Shown in pieces: positions 29,335-39,610 of a stretch of DNA of 64,000 nt. The stretch spans positions 2,656,001 to 2,720,000 of the forward strand of contig CBDFJF010000002.1 in the NCBI GenBank assembly GCA_965248265.1. The letters run 5' to 3'. The translations under genes were made by a program, and so were the position numbers. Source of the DNA: Candidatus Latescibacterota bacterium. Its GTDB lineage: Bacteria > Latescibacterota > UBA2968 > UBA8231. Under the pieces are notes generated by a model. It was not told the origin of the DNA, did no database searches, and saw only the letters and a list, made by a program, of their open reading frames with translations. The number at the start of each line of letters is the position of its first letter. Position 1 is the stretch's first letter.

Positions 29335-31479
29335 TTGATGGACACGGGACCATGGATACTGGCAACGCCTGACTGGGTCCTGGGATTCGTCCTTCGGGAC
29401 GGTATGCCGGCGATCTCGCGCATGTTGCCTGCCGCGCCGTCGAACGCAGTGGCCGGCCCAAACTGGGCAGTTGACAAAGAAGAAGTCCAACTGCCGCAAT
29501 CAGTATTTGTTAGAGACTGTCAACAGGAGGTCTCCTGGGAATGGGCCGATGTGCGGACGGACACGCGGGAAATACGTTTCGTCTATCGCAGCATCCAGCC
29601 GGCGCTGGAATGTGTCTCCACGTGGCGAAGCGTGGCAGGCCACGGGCCTGTCGAGCACGCGGTCAGCGTGACCAACAATGAAGACAGGGAGGTAGTTTTC
29701 TCGCCACCGGCATCCATTGCGTTGACCGTGTCCGCACGGGAAGCGACGCGGCTGACGTGGGTGGAACAGCCCGGGAGTGGTCCGTCGGACGAGGGCATGC
29801 ATGTGGAAGAGGTGTGTGCCCGCTTCTCCCGAAGCCTTGTGACTTCACCCAACTATTCTCGTGATGCAGTTCCCTGGTTCTGCCTCTACGACACGGTGTC
29901 CGGCGAAGGGCTCTACGGTGGCATCGAGTTCTCCGGACTGACCGAGATCCTGGTCGAGAGAGGCGCACAAGACGAGGCCGGCCTCCATGTGAGTCTCGGC
30001 TTGCGGCAGAACCCGACGCCACCCCGGTCCCGCATCATGCCGGGCAAGGGGTATGACTTGCCGGTGTGTTTCGTGGGCATGTTCCGTGGCGATGAGGACG
30101 ACGGCAGCAACCGCCTACACCGCTGGGTCCAGGCGCACCTGCGCCCGGCCACTTCCACTCCCCTGCCCATCCTGGTCAACAACAGTTGGGGAATCATGGA
30201 GTTCGAGATCGACGAACAGAAGACCCGAGACTGCATTGAGGACTGTGCAACCCTGGGAATCGAAGCCTTCGTTGTCGATGCAGGCTGGTACCGGGAGGTG
30301 GGTAACTGGCGGAACGATTTGCACAAATTCCCCGGCGGCATGCGGGCGCTGGCAGATCTGGCGCATGCAAAGGGGCTGAAGTTCGGACTGTGGACGTGCT
30401 GGAGCATGGGCGGTGTTGCCCGGGACGCCGAAGACGGCGTTCTGAACGTCCACGACGAAGCACAGAAGACGTGGTTCACCACCGACTATCCGCCAGACTG
30501 GCAGCCGAGCATCCCGTGGTACGGCCCCCCGGTATGCCTGGGTTGCCGCGATGCCCGGCACTGGTGCTTCGAGGAGCTTCTACGCCTGGTGCGCGAGAGC
30601 AAGCTGGACATCCTGCGGCAGGACCAGACCCTGATCGTGGAAAGCTGCCGCCGAAGCGACCACGATCATCTGCCTTGTGGACCACCGGACCCGAATGACC
30701 GTGGCGCTATTGAGAGTTATCTGACTCTCCCCGATCCTTTCGAGAGACGACTGACTGCTGAAGCCGTGGACGTCTGCGCATCCGCGGCCAACGGCTACTA
30801 CGAGGTGTACGACCGGCTTTGTGCAGAGGAGCCGGACCTTCTGTTCGAAGGCTCTAACGGCGGCACCAACATCCTGGACTTCGGTTACCTGAAACGCGTC
30901 CACTTCGTCCAGGCGGACGATCGGTACACTCCCCTCAGCAACAGGCAGTCCTTCTACGACCTCAGTCACGCCATGCCGCCGGCGATGATCATGCTCTGGC
31001 TTTTTGCACGAGCCCCCGGTGAATCAGTGGCGCACTTCAAGTACATGATTCGCAGTGGAATGCTGGGCACCTGCGCCATCCTTCAGGACACCACGGCCTG
31101 GCCGGACGAATGGCGACGGGCTGCGGTGGAGCTCTTCCAGACATACAAAACCCGGCTTCGCCCCTTGATCGCTGACGGCAACCTGTACAGGGTCCTGCCA
31201 CGACCGGACGAGAAGACGTGGGACGGCATGCAGTACTACGATCCCCAATCCCATGTCGGGGCAGTGATCGTATTCCGCCCCGACAACCCCTCACCGACGC
31301 AACAGGTCGTCCTGCGCGGCCTTGGAGCAAAGCGCCTTTACGACATCACGTCCGAAGATGGTTCGGTTGCCTCGCAGACCTGCAGCGGCAGCGACCTGAT
31401 GACACACGGCCTGGAGATTTCCCTGCCGGAACGCTTCTTCTCGGACTGCATATGGATCGAGCAGATCCCGCGCTCATAA
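29335..31479 (+). CDS. Alpha-galactosidase (GH36-like), N-terminus uncertain
   Basis: NNSW, FVVDAGW, KFPGG..LAD..H.KGLKFGLW. Confidence 0.8.
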   Translation: MMDTGPWILATPDWVLGFVLRDGMPAISRMLPAAPSNAVAGPNWAVDKEEVQLPQSVFVRDCQQEVSWEWADVRTDTREIRFVYRSIQPALECVSTWRSVAGHGPVEHAVSVTNNEDREVVFSPPASIALTVSAREATRLTWVEQPGSGPSDEGMHVEEVCARFSRSLVTSPNYSRDAVPWFCLYDTVSGEGLYGGIEFSGLTEILVERGAQDEAGLHVSLGLRQNPTPPRSRIMPGKGYDLPVCFVGMFRGDEDDGSNRLHRWVQAHLRPATSTPLPILVNNSWGIMEFEIDEQKTRDCIEDCATLGIEAFVVDAGWYREVGNWRNDLHKFPGGMRALADLAHAKGLKFGLWTCWSMGGVARDAEDGVLNVHDEAQKTWFTTDYPPDWQPSIPWYGPPVCLGCRDARHWCFEELLRLVRESKLDILRQDQTLIVESCRRSDHDHLPCGPPDPNDRGAIESYLTLPDPFERRLTAEAVDVCASAANGYYEVYDRLCAEEPDLLFEGSNGGTNILDFGYLKRVHFVQADDRYTPLSNRQSFYDLSHAMPPAMIMLWLFARAPGESVAHFKYMIRSGMLGTCAILQDTTAWPDEWRRAAVELFQTYKTRLRPLIADGNLYRVLPRPDEKTWDGMQYYDPQSHVGAVIVFRPDNPSPTQQVVLRGLGAKRLYDITSEDGSVASQTCSGSDLMTHGLEISLPERFFSDCIWIEQIPRS

Positions 31480-31857
31480 AAGTGTCCATGAGGCGACAAT
31501 CACAGACCTGGAGGAGAATATCACGATCGGGTTTGCCCCACGTGCATCCGCTATCTGTTGATTCCCCGTAGGCAAGCGCAGTTTCGCTTATGCGGCGGCA
31601 TGCCACGCCCGAAGAATTTCTGACACCCGAGCATTTGGCGAGTAGCAGTTATTACACCGGGGAAGATGTGTCTGCGTCGCTGGCGAGTCTGCCCGCACAC
31701 CCGAGTTGAATCCGGACGACGAGAGCTCGTCCGCTGCTGCTGTGTTGTGTCGCCTGGTACACACGTGTGTGTGGCGGAGCACCCATGGTTCCCCGGCGCG
31801 GGCCACGGGATACTCTAGCACACTCATTCTGGCCTCCATATTGCGTGCCATTGCGGC

Positions 31858-33353
31858 ATGCCAGCAACTCCCCCCGCCTACCGTCGCCGCACGCCCGAGA
31901 CGGAACCCCTCTACCAGGTGCTGGCCGAGAACGTGGAGACCTTCATCGAGCGCACGCGCTCGTCGGACCGGCAACTACCGGTTCATGTCGAGGAGGAGCT
32001 GCGCGCATACCTTGAATGCGGAATTCTCGCTCACGGGCTCCTGCGAGTACGGTGCGAGGACTGCGGCAAGGATCGCGTCGTCGCGTTCTCGTGCCAGCGA
32101 CGTTCCTTCTGCCCGAGTTGTATGGGACGGCGGATGGCCGACACCGCCGCCCGGCTCACCGATGAAGTCCTGCCGCGGGTGCCGGTACGGCAATGGGTGC
32201 TGAGCCTGCCGTACGAGATCCGCTATCGCCTGGCCTGGGACAAAGAGCTGGTCGGGGCGGTGCTGGCCGTCTTCCTGCGTGTCGTCTACGGCTGGTATCG
32301 CCGTCAGGCTCGGGCGCAGGGATATGAAGACAGTCGCTGCGGCTCGGTCACTTTCGTGCAGCGATTCGGTTCTGCTCTAAACCTCAATCCTCATAACCAT
32401 GTCCTCATGATCGACGGTGTCTACGTCGACGGCGAGGACGGTCCGGAATTCGTGCCGGCGCCACCGCTGAGCGACGACGACGTGCAACAGATCGTCGAGA
32501 CCACAGCCCAACGGGTGGTGCGCCTGCTGCAACGGCGCGGCCTGCTGGAAGAGGGTAATACCGATGTGCTCATGGAGCAGGAGCCGCTGCTGGCCACGAT
32601 CACGGCGGCTTCGATCCAGGGCCAGGTGGCCACCGGCGACCGCGCTGGCCAACCCGTGCGCCGACGCTTGCTCGATCCGCAAGAGGGCATCCGCACGGCC
32701 CCGTTGTGCTTCGCCTCCCGCGGCTTCTCCCTGCATGCGGCCACCCGCGTGCCGGCCGCCGACCGCACCCGCCTGGAAAGACTGTGCCGCTACGTCAATA
32801 GACCTCCGCTGGCAGCGGGACGCCTGCAGATCCTGGATACCGAAAGAGTGGCCTTCGACTTGAAAACGGTCTGGTCGGACGGCACCTATCGAATTGAGCT
32901 CTCGCCGCAAGAATTGATAGAGAAACTGGCGGCCCTGGTACCGCCAAGGCGCCTCAACCTGGTGCGCTATCACGGCGTCCTGGCGCCCAACGCCGGCGGC
33001 CGGGCACGGATCGTACCGGGCCCGAAGGAAGAGGCCCCCGAAGCGGACCCCTGTACGCATACTTCGGCGCCCACCCCCGCCCAACGACGGCACCGCCTGG
33101 CCTGGGCTGACCTCCTCCGGAGAGTTTTTCGAATAGACGTTACCGTGTGCCCCGCTTGCGGCGGCCACATGAAGGGAGTTTGCCGCAGGCAAACTCTAAG
33201 AGACCGGTCATCAGACCGGTCTCCATCGTGGCTGCTCTCACCGATCCACGTTCTATCCAATGCTATCTGGAGGGCGTCGGTCTACCGTCGCGCGCGCCGC
33301 CCATTGCTCCACCACGGCCTCATCCCCAACACGAGTTCGACTTTGCCGCCTGA
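31858..33353 (+). pseudogene. IS91/ISCR-family rolling-circle (HUH, Y2) transposase, frameshifted near the 3' end by a 50-bp insert
   Basis: Zn-binding CEDC/FSC..RSFCPSC, QRFGSALNLNPHNH (HUH), LCRYVNRPP; natural C-terminus ...EFDFAA* is in the shifted frame. Confidence 0.92.
33175..33224. repeat. 50-bp double-hairpin insertion
   Basis: Absent from the paralogous copy at 39911-39920. Hairpins gagtttgcc-gca-ggcaaactc and gagaccggtc-atca-gaccggtctc. Confidence 0.85.
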
Positions 33354-33554
33354 GACCGACCGGCCGGACACCGCTGCGTTCCCATCTCTCGCTGACAGCT
33401 GCCGCGGCGCCCGCAGGCGCTGATCCGGGCACCTATCCACTGTCCCATCGTTCACCGCACCACGATCAACGCACAAGCACGACCCTCAACGCCCTCGAAA
33501 AGCCCAAAAACCGCTTGACTGACTACCGATCTCTTTAGGCGAAAGAAGTCAAGG

Positions 33555-33740
33555 CTTCTGTCTATTCGGAGGATTTCTTCAACTGGCAATAATCTCATTT
33601 CGGTCTTCAATGGAGACCTTCATACTGTTCCGGCCATGTTGAAGAAGCTGGGCCAGAGTGACGGGTTGTAACGCGGGTGATCTCCCAAGGGAGTCACGAA
33701 TCGGGAGCGGTCATCTCTGGCCAGTTCCTCGTTGTTCGTC
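33555..33740 (-). ncRNA. Predicted bridge/seek RNA of IS1111-type copy B
   Basis: Target loop 33669-33707 and donor loop 33592-33626 with guide matches to the flanks and element ends; boundaries approximate. Confidence 0.75.
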
Positions 33741-33743
33741 CTC

Positions 33744-35018
33744 TCAAGCTGCCTGCCGCTCGTAGGATGCAGCACAAGTGAAATGACGTTCGGTGTTGAA
33801 TGCTTGTCCGGAGCGGTACCACCCGTGGAGCTTTCGCAGAAAGTGTCTCATGACGGCAGTCATGGCTTTCTGTCCGGGCATGGCAAGGCGCTTACGGCGG
33901 TAGTAGTCGCCGTACAGACCCCTTCGTCGCACCAGGGGAAAGATGATCTGGCCAAGAATCTTACGCAGGAGAGGCCTTCCCTTCTTGGAAATCCTGTATT
34001 GCCCTCGATACTGGCCGGACTGGCGCATCTGGATATTGAGTCCGGCGTAGCGCAGGAGCATGCGCCAGCTGGTGAAGTCGCTGAGCGGTCCGGTTTCACC
34101 GATGAGGCGAGCCAGATTCTTGGCGCTGATGACGCCGGCAGTCGGAGCAGGTAGGCTCGGATCCTTGTGACGTAAACGCCGTAAGAGTGATGTCAGCCGC
34201 TTTTCCAGAGTAGCCTTGCGTTGCTCGTAGAGCAGGAACTCCTCCCACAACTGGCTGAGCTCAAGCTCGAGGAGATCGACGTAGGCGGGCGTGAGCTGAT
34301 GACGGGCGGAGGACGTGGCATCGTCCCAGAGCCGCTCTAGTGAACGCTGCCAGATACGCGGCGCCCGCCGCCGCATGGCCCGCTCGAAGCGGGTACGGCC
34401 CGCACGGACGATGCGATAAGGATTGCATCGATACTTATCGATCAAGGCGCGACCCGAGTTGCCGTACAGGAACTCCTTGGAGAAAGAAAAGTCGCAAAAC
34501 AGCTCCATCAGCACACGGTGCAGTCGGCCGCGCACCGCCATAAGGGCTCGATCGGCCCGCTCGTAGAGGAAGCCACATTTGCGCAGCAGCTCATACTCCT
34601 CAGGGAGATCCCGGTGCCGCAGGACCTTATTGAGCCGCGCCAGCGTATTGATGATGTGCGGGTCCTTGAGATCTGTCTTGCCGTCGTCATTGCTCTCGAC
34701 GACACGAAATTTGGCAACCGCCTCGCCGTTGACGTACGCCGTCAGGTGACCCAGTCGTCGCGCTGTGCGCAACAGCTTGTCCTGGTAGCCGCCTGAAGGC
34801 TCGCAGATGACTCGCAGTGATTTGAAGCCGTGCTCTCTCGCCAAGCGCCGACAGGCACGCAGCTTCTTCTCGATCTGTCGGGTCGTATTGGGCCACTCGT
34901 CATCCATGGCCTGATCGCCTAACTCAAAGTAGACATTGAGCTTGCTCTTGCTGACATCGACACAGATATCGAGGACCTGATCGAGTTGGACGGCCGGAGT
35001 CAACTTGGTAGATTTCAT
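33744..35018 (-). CDS. IS110-family DEDD/Ser recombinase
   Basis: VDVSK, CEPSG, KTDLKD, YAGL..RQSG. Confidence 0.95.
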   Translation of the reverse strand: MKSTKLTPAVQLDQVLDICVDVSKSKLNVYFELGDQAMDDEWPNTTRQIEKKLRACRRLAREHGFKSLRVICEPSGGYQDKLLRTARRLGHLTAYVNGEAVAKFRVVESNDDGKTDLKDPHIINTLARLNKVLRHRDLPEEYELLRKCGFLYERADRALMAVRGRLHRVLMELFCDFSFSKEFLYGNSGRALIDKYRCNPYRIVRAGRTRFERAMRRRAPRIWQRSLERLWDDATSSARHQLTPAYVDLLELELSQLWEEFLLYEQRKATLEKRLTSLLRRLRHKDPSLPAPTAGVISAKNLARLIGETGPLSDFTSWRMLLRYAGLNIQMRQSGQYRGQYRISKKGRPLLRKILGQIIFPLVRRRGLYGDYYRRKRLAMPGQKAMTAVMRHFLRKLHGWYRSGQAFNTERHFTCAASYERQAA

Positions 35019-35337
35019 GACGGGCTTCTCCTTTCAGATGCAGACGTGGGCACACGTCTTTGAGGGTCTTCGGACACCTCCGAATATCCGAAAGAGAAGC
35101 CCTCTTTGTTCGCCTAAGAGTATGTAATGCCGTTTATCCTCACTATGCGCTGCCCTCTGATCGAAGGGTACACGGGATGCTCATGGTCTCTACGAGAGAT
35201 TCGGGTTCGAGGTACTTGATGATTCCGCGGCTTGGATGCAGCTGAAGTTCGAGAGGCCATGGTTCCGACCCGAGATGGGCACAGAGTGAATCGAGGGCAC
35301 ACAGGTGGGCAGGACGTATAGGACCGATGAAGTACCA

Positions 35338-35576
35338 ACGTATAGGACCGATAAAGCACCATTATGATTAGTTTAGCTGGCGGCGGGATGGTGTCGAGAG
35401 GGAATGTGAACGGTGGATTGGGTGCCGGGTGCGATGGGCGAATGGATTGGGGGTGGATCAGGGCCTGCCAACGGGTCGATGAGGCCTGTCGGTCCGTTGA
35501 AAAACGCCGCCGGGGGGGAGGGGGGGTGGGGGGTGACAGGGTCGGATCATACCGTTTGGGTAAGCTGGGCAAAATA
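35338..35576 (-). repeat. 239-bp IS91 oriIS-type end, direct repeat copy 1
   Basis: Identical by eye to 36496-36734; ends ...tttatcggtcctatac. Confidence 0.85.
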
Positions 35577-36495
35577 GAAGAAGTGGGTATCTTCGGGTAT
35601 CTCTTCGCCGAAATCGCACATGATCACCCCCGCGCCCCACTCTATAAGGAACGCGAGTTTAGACAGGAACCAGTCGATCGCCCCTGGATTGGTGAAGTCA
35701 ACAATACCTGCTTGCGGTTGTACGCCGAGAGCCGCGATGTCTATCTTCGAGAAATCAACATCCTCCACATCCTCGGGTTGATTGGGCAGCGGGCACTGCC
35801 ATAGATAGGTCTTTCCAACGCCGTCTTTCAAGAAGAACCCCTTCCGGTCACCCTCCTCGAACATCTCCGTTTTGACGGAGACCGTGGGTTGGATCCACAT
35901 CCGCGTCTTGAAGCCCCTCTCGCGTAGCGCGGTGAACATCTGCCGAGGGTTGGGAAACTTCCTCTCGTTGAAGACGAAGTCGCAGTAGTGTCCGTTCTCG
36001 AGCCAGAACGGATCGATGGACAGGACATCGGCCGGTATGTTCCGTTCCCTCAGAGCTGCTCCCGTCGCCTCAACCTGCTCCCTGGAGGTGTACCCGTACC
36101 GACTCATCCACAATCCGAAGGACCACTTGGGAGGTAAGACCTCCAGCGGCCGGTGAGATCCATGTAGTGGGAGATGATCTCCTTGAAGGACCCCCCGGCG
36201 ATGAAGTAGAAGTCGAGACGACTATCCTCTACCGCGATGGAGTAGGCGTCAAAAGACCGTGTGGCGAGGGAGTAGTTAATCCTGGATGTGGTGTTTATGA
36301 GAACGCCGTAGTTCTTTGAGTTCATGAAGAAGGGGATGTTCTTGTATGCCCGGTCGGAGCCGACGCCCCTGGCATCGCAGTTCCAGGCCTCCATATTCAG
36401 GCCGCGCTTGTTGATGGGGGAGAATTTCTCACCGAAACCGTAGAGCTTTTCCTCGTGCTCGAGGGCGAAAGAGTCTATCACCGACCGAATCCGGC
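35577..36495 (-). pseudogene. GH31 alpha-xylosidase (YicI-like) internal fragment with frameshift
   Basis: YGFGEKF, AYKNIPF, GLWMSR, IDPFW, CDFGE; truncated at both repeats. Confidence 0.85.
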
Positions 36496-36734
36496 ACGTA
36501 TAGGACCGATAAAGCACCATTATGATTAGTTTAGCTGGCGGCGGGATGGTGTCGAGAGGGAATGTGAACGGTGGATTGGGTGCCGGGTGCGATGGGCGAA
36601 TGGATTGGGGGTGGATCAGGGCCTGCCAACGGGTCGATGAGGCCTGTCGGTCCGTTGAAAAACGCCGCCGGGGGGGAGGGGGGGTGGGGGGTGACAGGGT
36701 CGGATCATACCGTTTGGGTAAGCTGGGCAAAATA
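36496..36734 (-). repeat. 239-bp IS91 oriIS-type end, direct repeat copy 2
   Basis: Identical by eye to 35338-35576. Confidence 0.85.
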
Positions 36735-36762
36735 ATTTCGGATTTCGGATTTCGGATTTCGG
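36735..36762. repeat. (ATTTCGG)x4 short tandem repeat
   Basis: Directly visible. Confidence 0.9.
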
Positions 36763-36787
36763 GGCAATTGTGGTTTAATGAGGGGCG

Positions 36788-39610
36788 ATGATGAACACCC
36801 AACGATGCAACTGCGTCCTGGCCCTGACGGTCCTCGGAGTTTTGGCGGCGCCGGCCGATGGACAGGTCATTGGGCCGCAGAAGAAGATCATTGCGTACAA
36901 GACCACTGTCCGCGGACTGTCGGCGAACATCGAGACGATGGAGGGCGAGCTTCCCGACATCGACGGGGTCATCATCTACCCGCCCGCCGGCCAGTCCTTC
37001 TTCACCGGCAGGCACCGGCTCGAGGACTACCAGACCGCGATCGAGCAGTTGCAGGACGTCCGCACCAGGGCCGGGAAGTACACGCACAACTTCATGCAAA
37101 GCTACCTCACTACCGGTGACAAAGGGGTCCTCCCCACCGACTGGTTCGATCCGCAGTTCGAGGACGTCGTCCACAACTGGAAGGTGGGTGCCGAGTTCTG
37201 TAAGCGCAGCGGCCTGGTGGGGATCCTGTTCGATGACGAGGTGTACTACGGTACGAACCTGTGGACCTACCGGGGCCTGAAACATGAGAACACCAGGTCG
37301 GCCAAGGAGTATGCCGACCAGGTCTTTCTGCGCGGCGCCCAGATCATGCGGGCCATCAACACCGTCTATCCCGATATCCGCATACTCATCCTCAACGGCC
37401 CGAGCAACATCCGGCTGTTCGAGGATGACGCCCGCTACGCTCTGACGCGGCACTTTGTCGACGGCCTCCTTTCGCAATGCACCGGCGGGTCCCAGATCAT
37501 CTGCGGATACGAGCGGGCCTATGGGTACCGCACGTCATCCCAGTTCGCCGCTGCCCGCCGGCTCATGAAGGAGAAACTGCTCCGCCTGAGCCGCGTGCCC
37601 GAGAAGTTCCAGCGCCATTTCCGCGCGGCATTCCCGTTTTACTTCATTCCGGCCCGCGAATACGGCCTCGACGACAACGAGAACCTGGAGAACATGTCGC
37701 CGGCACAGGCCGCGGAGTACTTCATTCCCGAGGAGTTCGAGTATGCCCTGCACCAGGCACTGCGGTACTCGGACGAGTACGTCTGGATCTACAAGGAGGG
37801 GAGCGGCCCGGACCTGTGGAACCGCAGAGCGGGGCGCCCCTACCTAGCGGCGGCCTACCGCGACGCCTTCGTCGCGGCCCGCAGGCCCCATCCCCACCCC
37901 CCAAAGAAACGCGGGCTCGCGGAATACCTCGCCCCGGCCGAGAAGGTGGAGCAGGAGCCCGCCGGGGCCCCGATCGGCGAAGGCAAGAAGGTCTACGTGG
38001 TGGTGGGCCCCAATCGCACCCCAGCGATGCTGCGCGAGCAGGTGGAATGGATGGAGGAAATGGCGGCCTTCGACGGCGTCCTCGTCTATCCGGGAATCCC
38101 ATCCGAGCATCGGGCGGGCGACGCCCTGGGGCGACTGTTCCGCATGGACCGGCGCAACCGAATCGAGGACTTCAGACAGGCCATCGAGGACCTGCGGGCC
38201 GCTCATGCCAAGGCCAAGAAATACCGGCACAACTTCCTGCTCACCTACCACGACCCCGTGGATACCGGTGACCGGACCATCAAGGTACCGGACTGGTTCG
38301 ACCCCGAATTCGAGACCGTGATCAACAACTGGCAGGTGGCGGCGGACTTCTGCAAGCGAGCCGGCCTCGTGGGCATCCACTTCACCGACATGGCATGGCA
38401 CAGCACCAACCTCTGGACCCACAAGGGTCTGAAGTACGCAAAGACCCGCAGCGCCCGGGAATATGCCGACCAGGTCTTTCTGCGCGGGGCCCAGATCATG
38501 CGTGCCATCAACACCGTGTATCCAGACATCCGCATTCTGGCGATGAACGGCCCCAGTAAGGCAGGCTTTAATCCTGACCCCGCGGCTCCCCACGCCCTGA
38601 TGCGGGCCTTCTTCGACGGGCTGCTCTCGCAGTGCACGGGCGCCGCCCGCATCATCGATGGCCACCAGATGGGGTGGGGGTATCGGTCGCCGGTGGCGTT
38701 CGCGTCGGCGCGCCGCGTGGTCAGGAGCAGATTGCGGGCGCTCAGCCGGGTCCCGGGAAAGTTCGACGAACATTTTCAGATCGCGTTCAGCGTGTCCGTG
38801 GGCCCCATGGGCGGGATGCCATTTTCCGACAATGTGGCCCGTAATTACTACACGCCGCAGGAGTTCGAGTACGTTCTGCACCAGGCCCTGAAGTACTGCG
38901 ATGAATATGTGTGGGTCTATACCACCGGATGTAACTGGTTCGACAAGGGGGCGAGCGGCGCTTTCATCGCCCGGGGCTATCGAGAGGCCCTGCTCGGGGC
39001 CCGCGGCCCGCACCCCCATCCGCCACCGCTGCGCAACCTCGACGCCCACGTCGCCTTGCGGCCGGGGCAGGGGGTGCCACCGCGCCGACTCGCCTTTGAG
39101 CCGGCACATGACGAGCAGGCCACGTTCGGCGATCTCTGGGCGCACTTTGTGTCCCTGGCCGACCTGTCGCCGCGGTGGCACTTCCGGATCGACCCCAATG
39201 ACCAGGGCGTGCAGGGGCGCTGGTTCGCCCCCGATCTGGACGAGAGCGATTGGTTTCTGATCAACAGTGATCTGCCGTGGGATAACTACGGGTACCGCGC
39301 CTATGACGGCTACGGCTGGTATCGCCAGACGTTCTCGGTCCCGCCGCTGCCCGACGGCAGGAAGGTGTTTCTTGCGTTTGGAGCCGTCGCTCACGGCGCC
39401 GAGGTGTACGTGAATGGCCGGTTGGCGGGGCACCACAACATGGACGGCTGGGCCCATTCACGTGGCGAACCCTGGAAGAAGCGATTCCTGATCGACGTGA
39501 CCGACACGCTTCGCGGCGGGCAGAGCAACCATCTCGCCGTCCGCGTCGTGGACTACGGCCCATGGGGCGGCGGCATCTGGAAGCCGGTCAAGCTGATTGC
39601 CGAGAAATGA
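36788..39610 (+). CDS. Secreted protein with two tandem GH-like domains and a C-terminal GH2-type sugar-binding domain
   Basis: Signal peptide; internal duplication (YADQVFLRGAQIMRAINTVYPDIRIL twice); YDGYGWYR..LAFGAV..VYVNG..GGIWKPV. Confidence 0.8.
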   Translation: MMNTQRCNCVLALTVLGVLAAPADGQVIGPQKKIIAYKTTVRGLSANIETMEGELPDIDGVIIYPPAGQSFFTGRHRLEDYQTAIEQLQDVRTRAGKYTHNFMQSYLTTGDKGVLPTDWFDPQFEDVVHNWKVGAEFCKRSGLVGILFDDEVYYGTNLWTYRGLKHENTRSAKEYADQVFLRGAQIMRAINTVYPDIRILILNGPSNIRLFEDDARYALTRHFVDGLLSQCTGGSQIICGYERAYGYRTSSQFAAARRLMKEKLLRLSRVPEKFQRHFRAAFPFYFIPAREYGLDDNENLENMSPAQAAEYFIPEEFEYALHQALRYSDEYVWIYKEGSGPDLWNRRAGRPYLAAAYRDAFVAARRPHPHPPKKRGLAEYLAPAEKVEQEPAGAPIGEGKKVYVVVGPNRTPAMLREQVEWMEEMAAFDGVLVYPGIPSEHRAGDALGRLFRMDRRNRIEDFRQAIEDLRAAHAKAKKYRHNFLLTYHDPVDTGDRTIKVPDWFDPEFETVINNWQVAADFCKRAGLVGIHFTDMAWHSTNLWTHKGLKYAKTRSAREYADQVFLRGAQIMRAINTVYPDIRILAMNGPSKAGFNPDPAAPHALMRAFFDGLLSQCTGAARIIDGHQMGWGYRSPVAFASARRVVRSRLRALSRVPGKFDEHFQIAFSVSVGPMGGMPFSDNVARNYYTPQEFEYVLHQALKYCDEYVWVYTTGCNWFDKGASGAFIARGYREALLGARGPHPHPPPLRNLDAHVALRPGQGVPPRRLAFEPAHDEQATFGDLWAHFVSLADLSPRWHFRIDPNDQGVQGRWFAPDLDESDWFLINSDLPWDNYGYRAYDGYGWYRQTFSVPPLPDGRKVFLAFGAVAHGAEVYVNGRLAGHHNMDGWAHSRGEPWKKRFLIDVTDTLRGGQSNHLAVRVVDYGPWGGGIWKPVKLIAEK

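Larger units (their letters stand above)
33530..35125 (-). mobile_element. Complete IS110-family element, IS1111 type (copy B)
   Basis: Subterminal IRs ctctttaggcgaa (33531-33543) / ttcgcctaagag (35109-35120); long downstream non-coding region; empty site can be reconstructed. Confidence 0.92.
31858..35148 (+). mobile_element. IS91-family element with oriIS split by IS1111-type copy B (terIS boundary not resolved)
   Basis: Joining 33511-33530 to 35126-35148 gives ttgactgactaccgat|aatgccgtttatcctcactatgc, matching the intact ori at 53601-53639. Confidence 0.85.

Noticed and set aside
31480-31857. terIS boundary and sigma54-like motif upstream of the IS91 transposase
   Set aside because: No second copy to define the end, and TGGCAC lacks a correctly spaced TTGC.
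33511-33535. TTGACT...GATAA in ori ends as a sigma70 promoter
   Set aside because: Spacing is only about 7 bp; it is better read as a conserved ori motif.
35314-36762. Possible CRISPR or integron-cassette array
   Set aside because: No regular repeat-spacer period, no cas or intI genes; the repeats are explained as IS91 ori ends and the cargo is truncated mid-gene.
36104-37477. 457-aa minus ORF
   Set aside because: Chance read-through of an antisense shadow, the ori repeat and the GH31 fragment.
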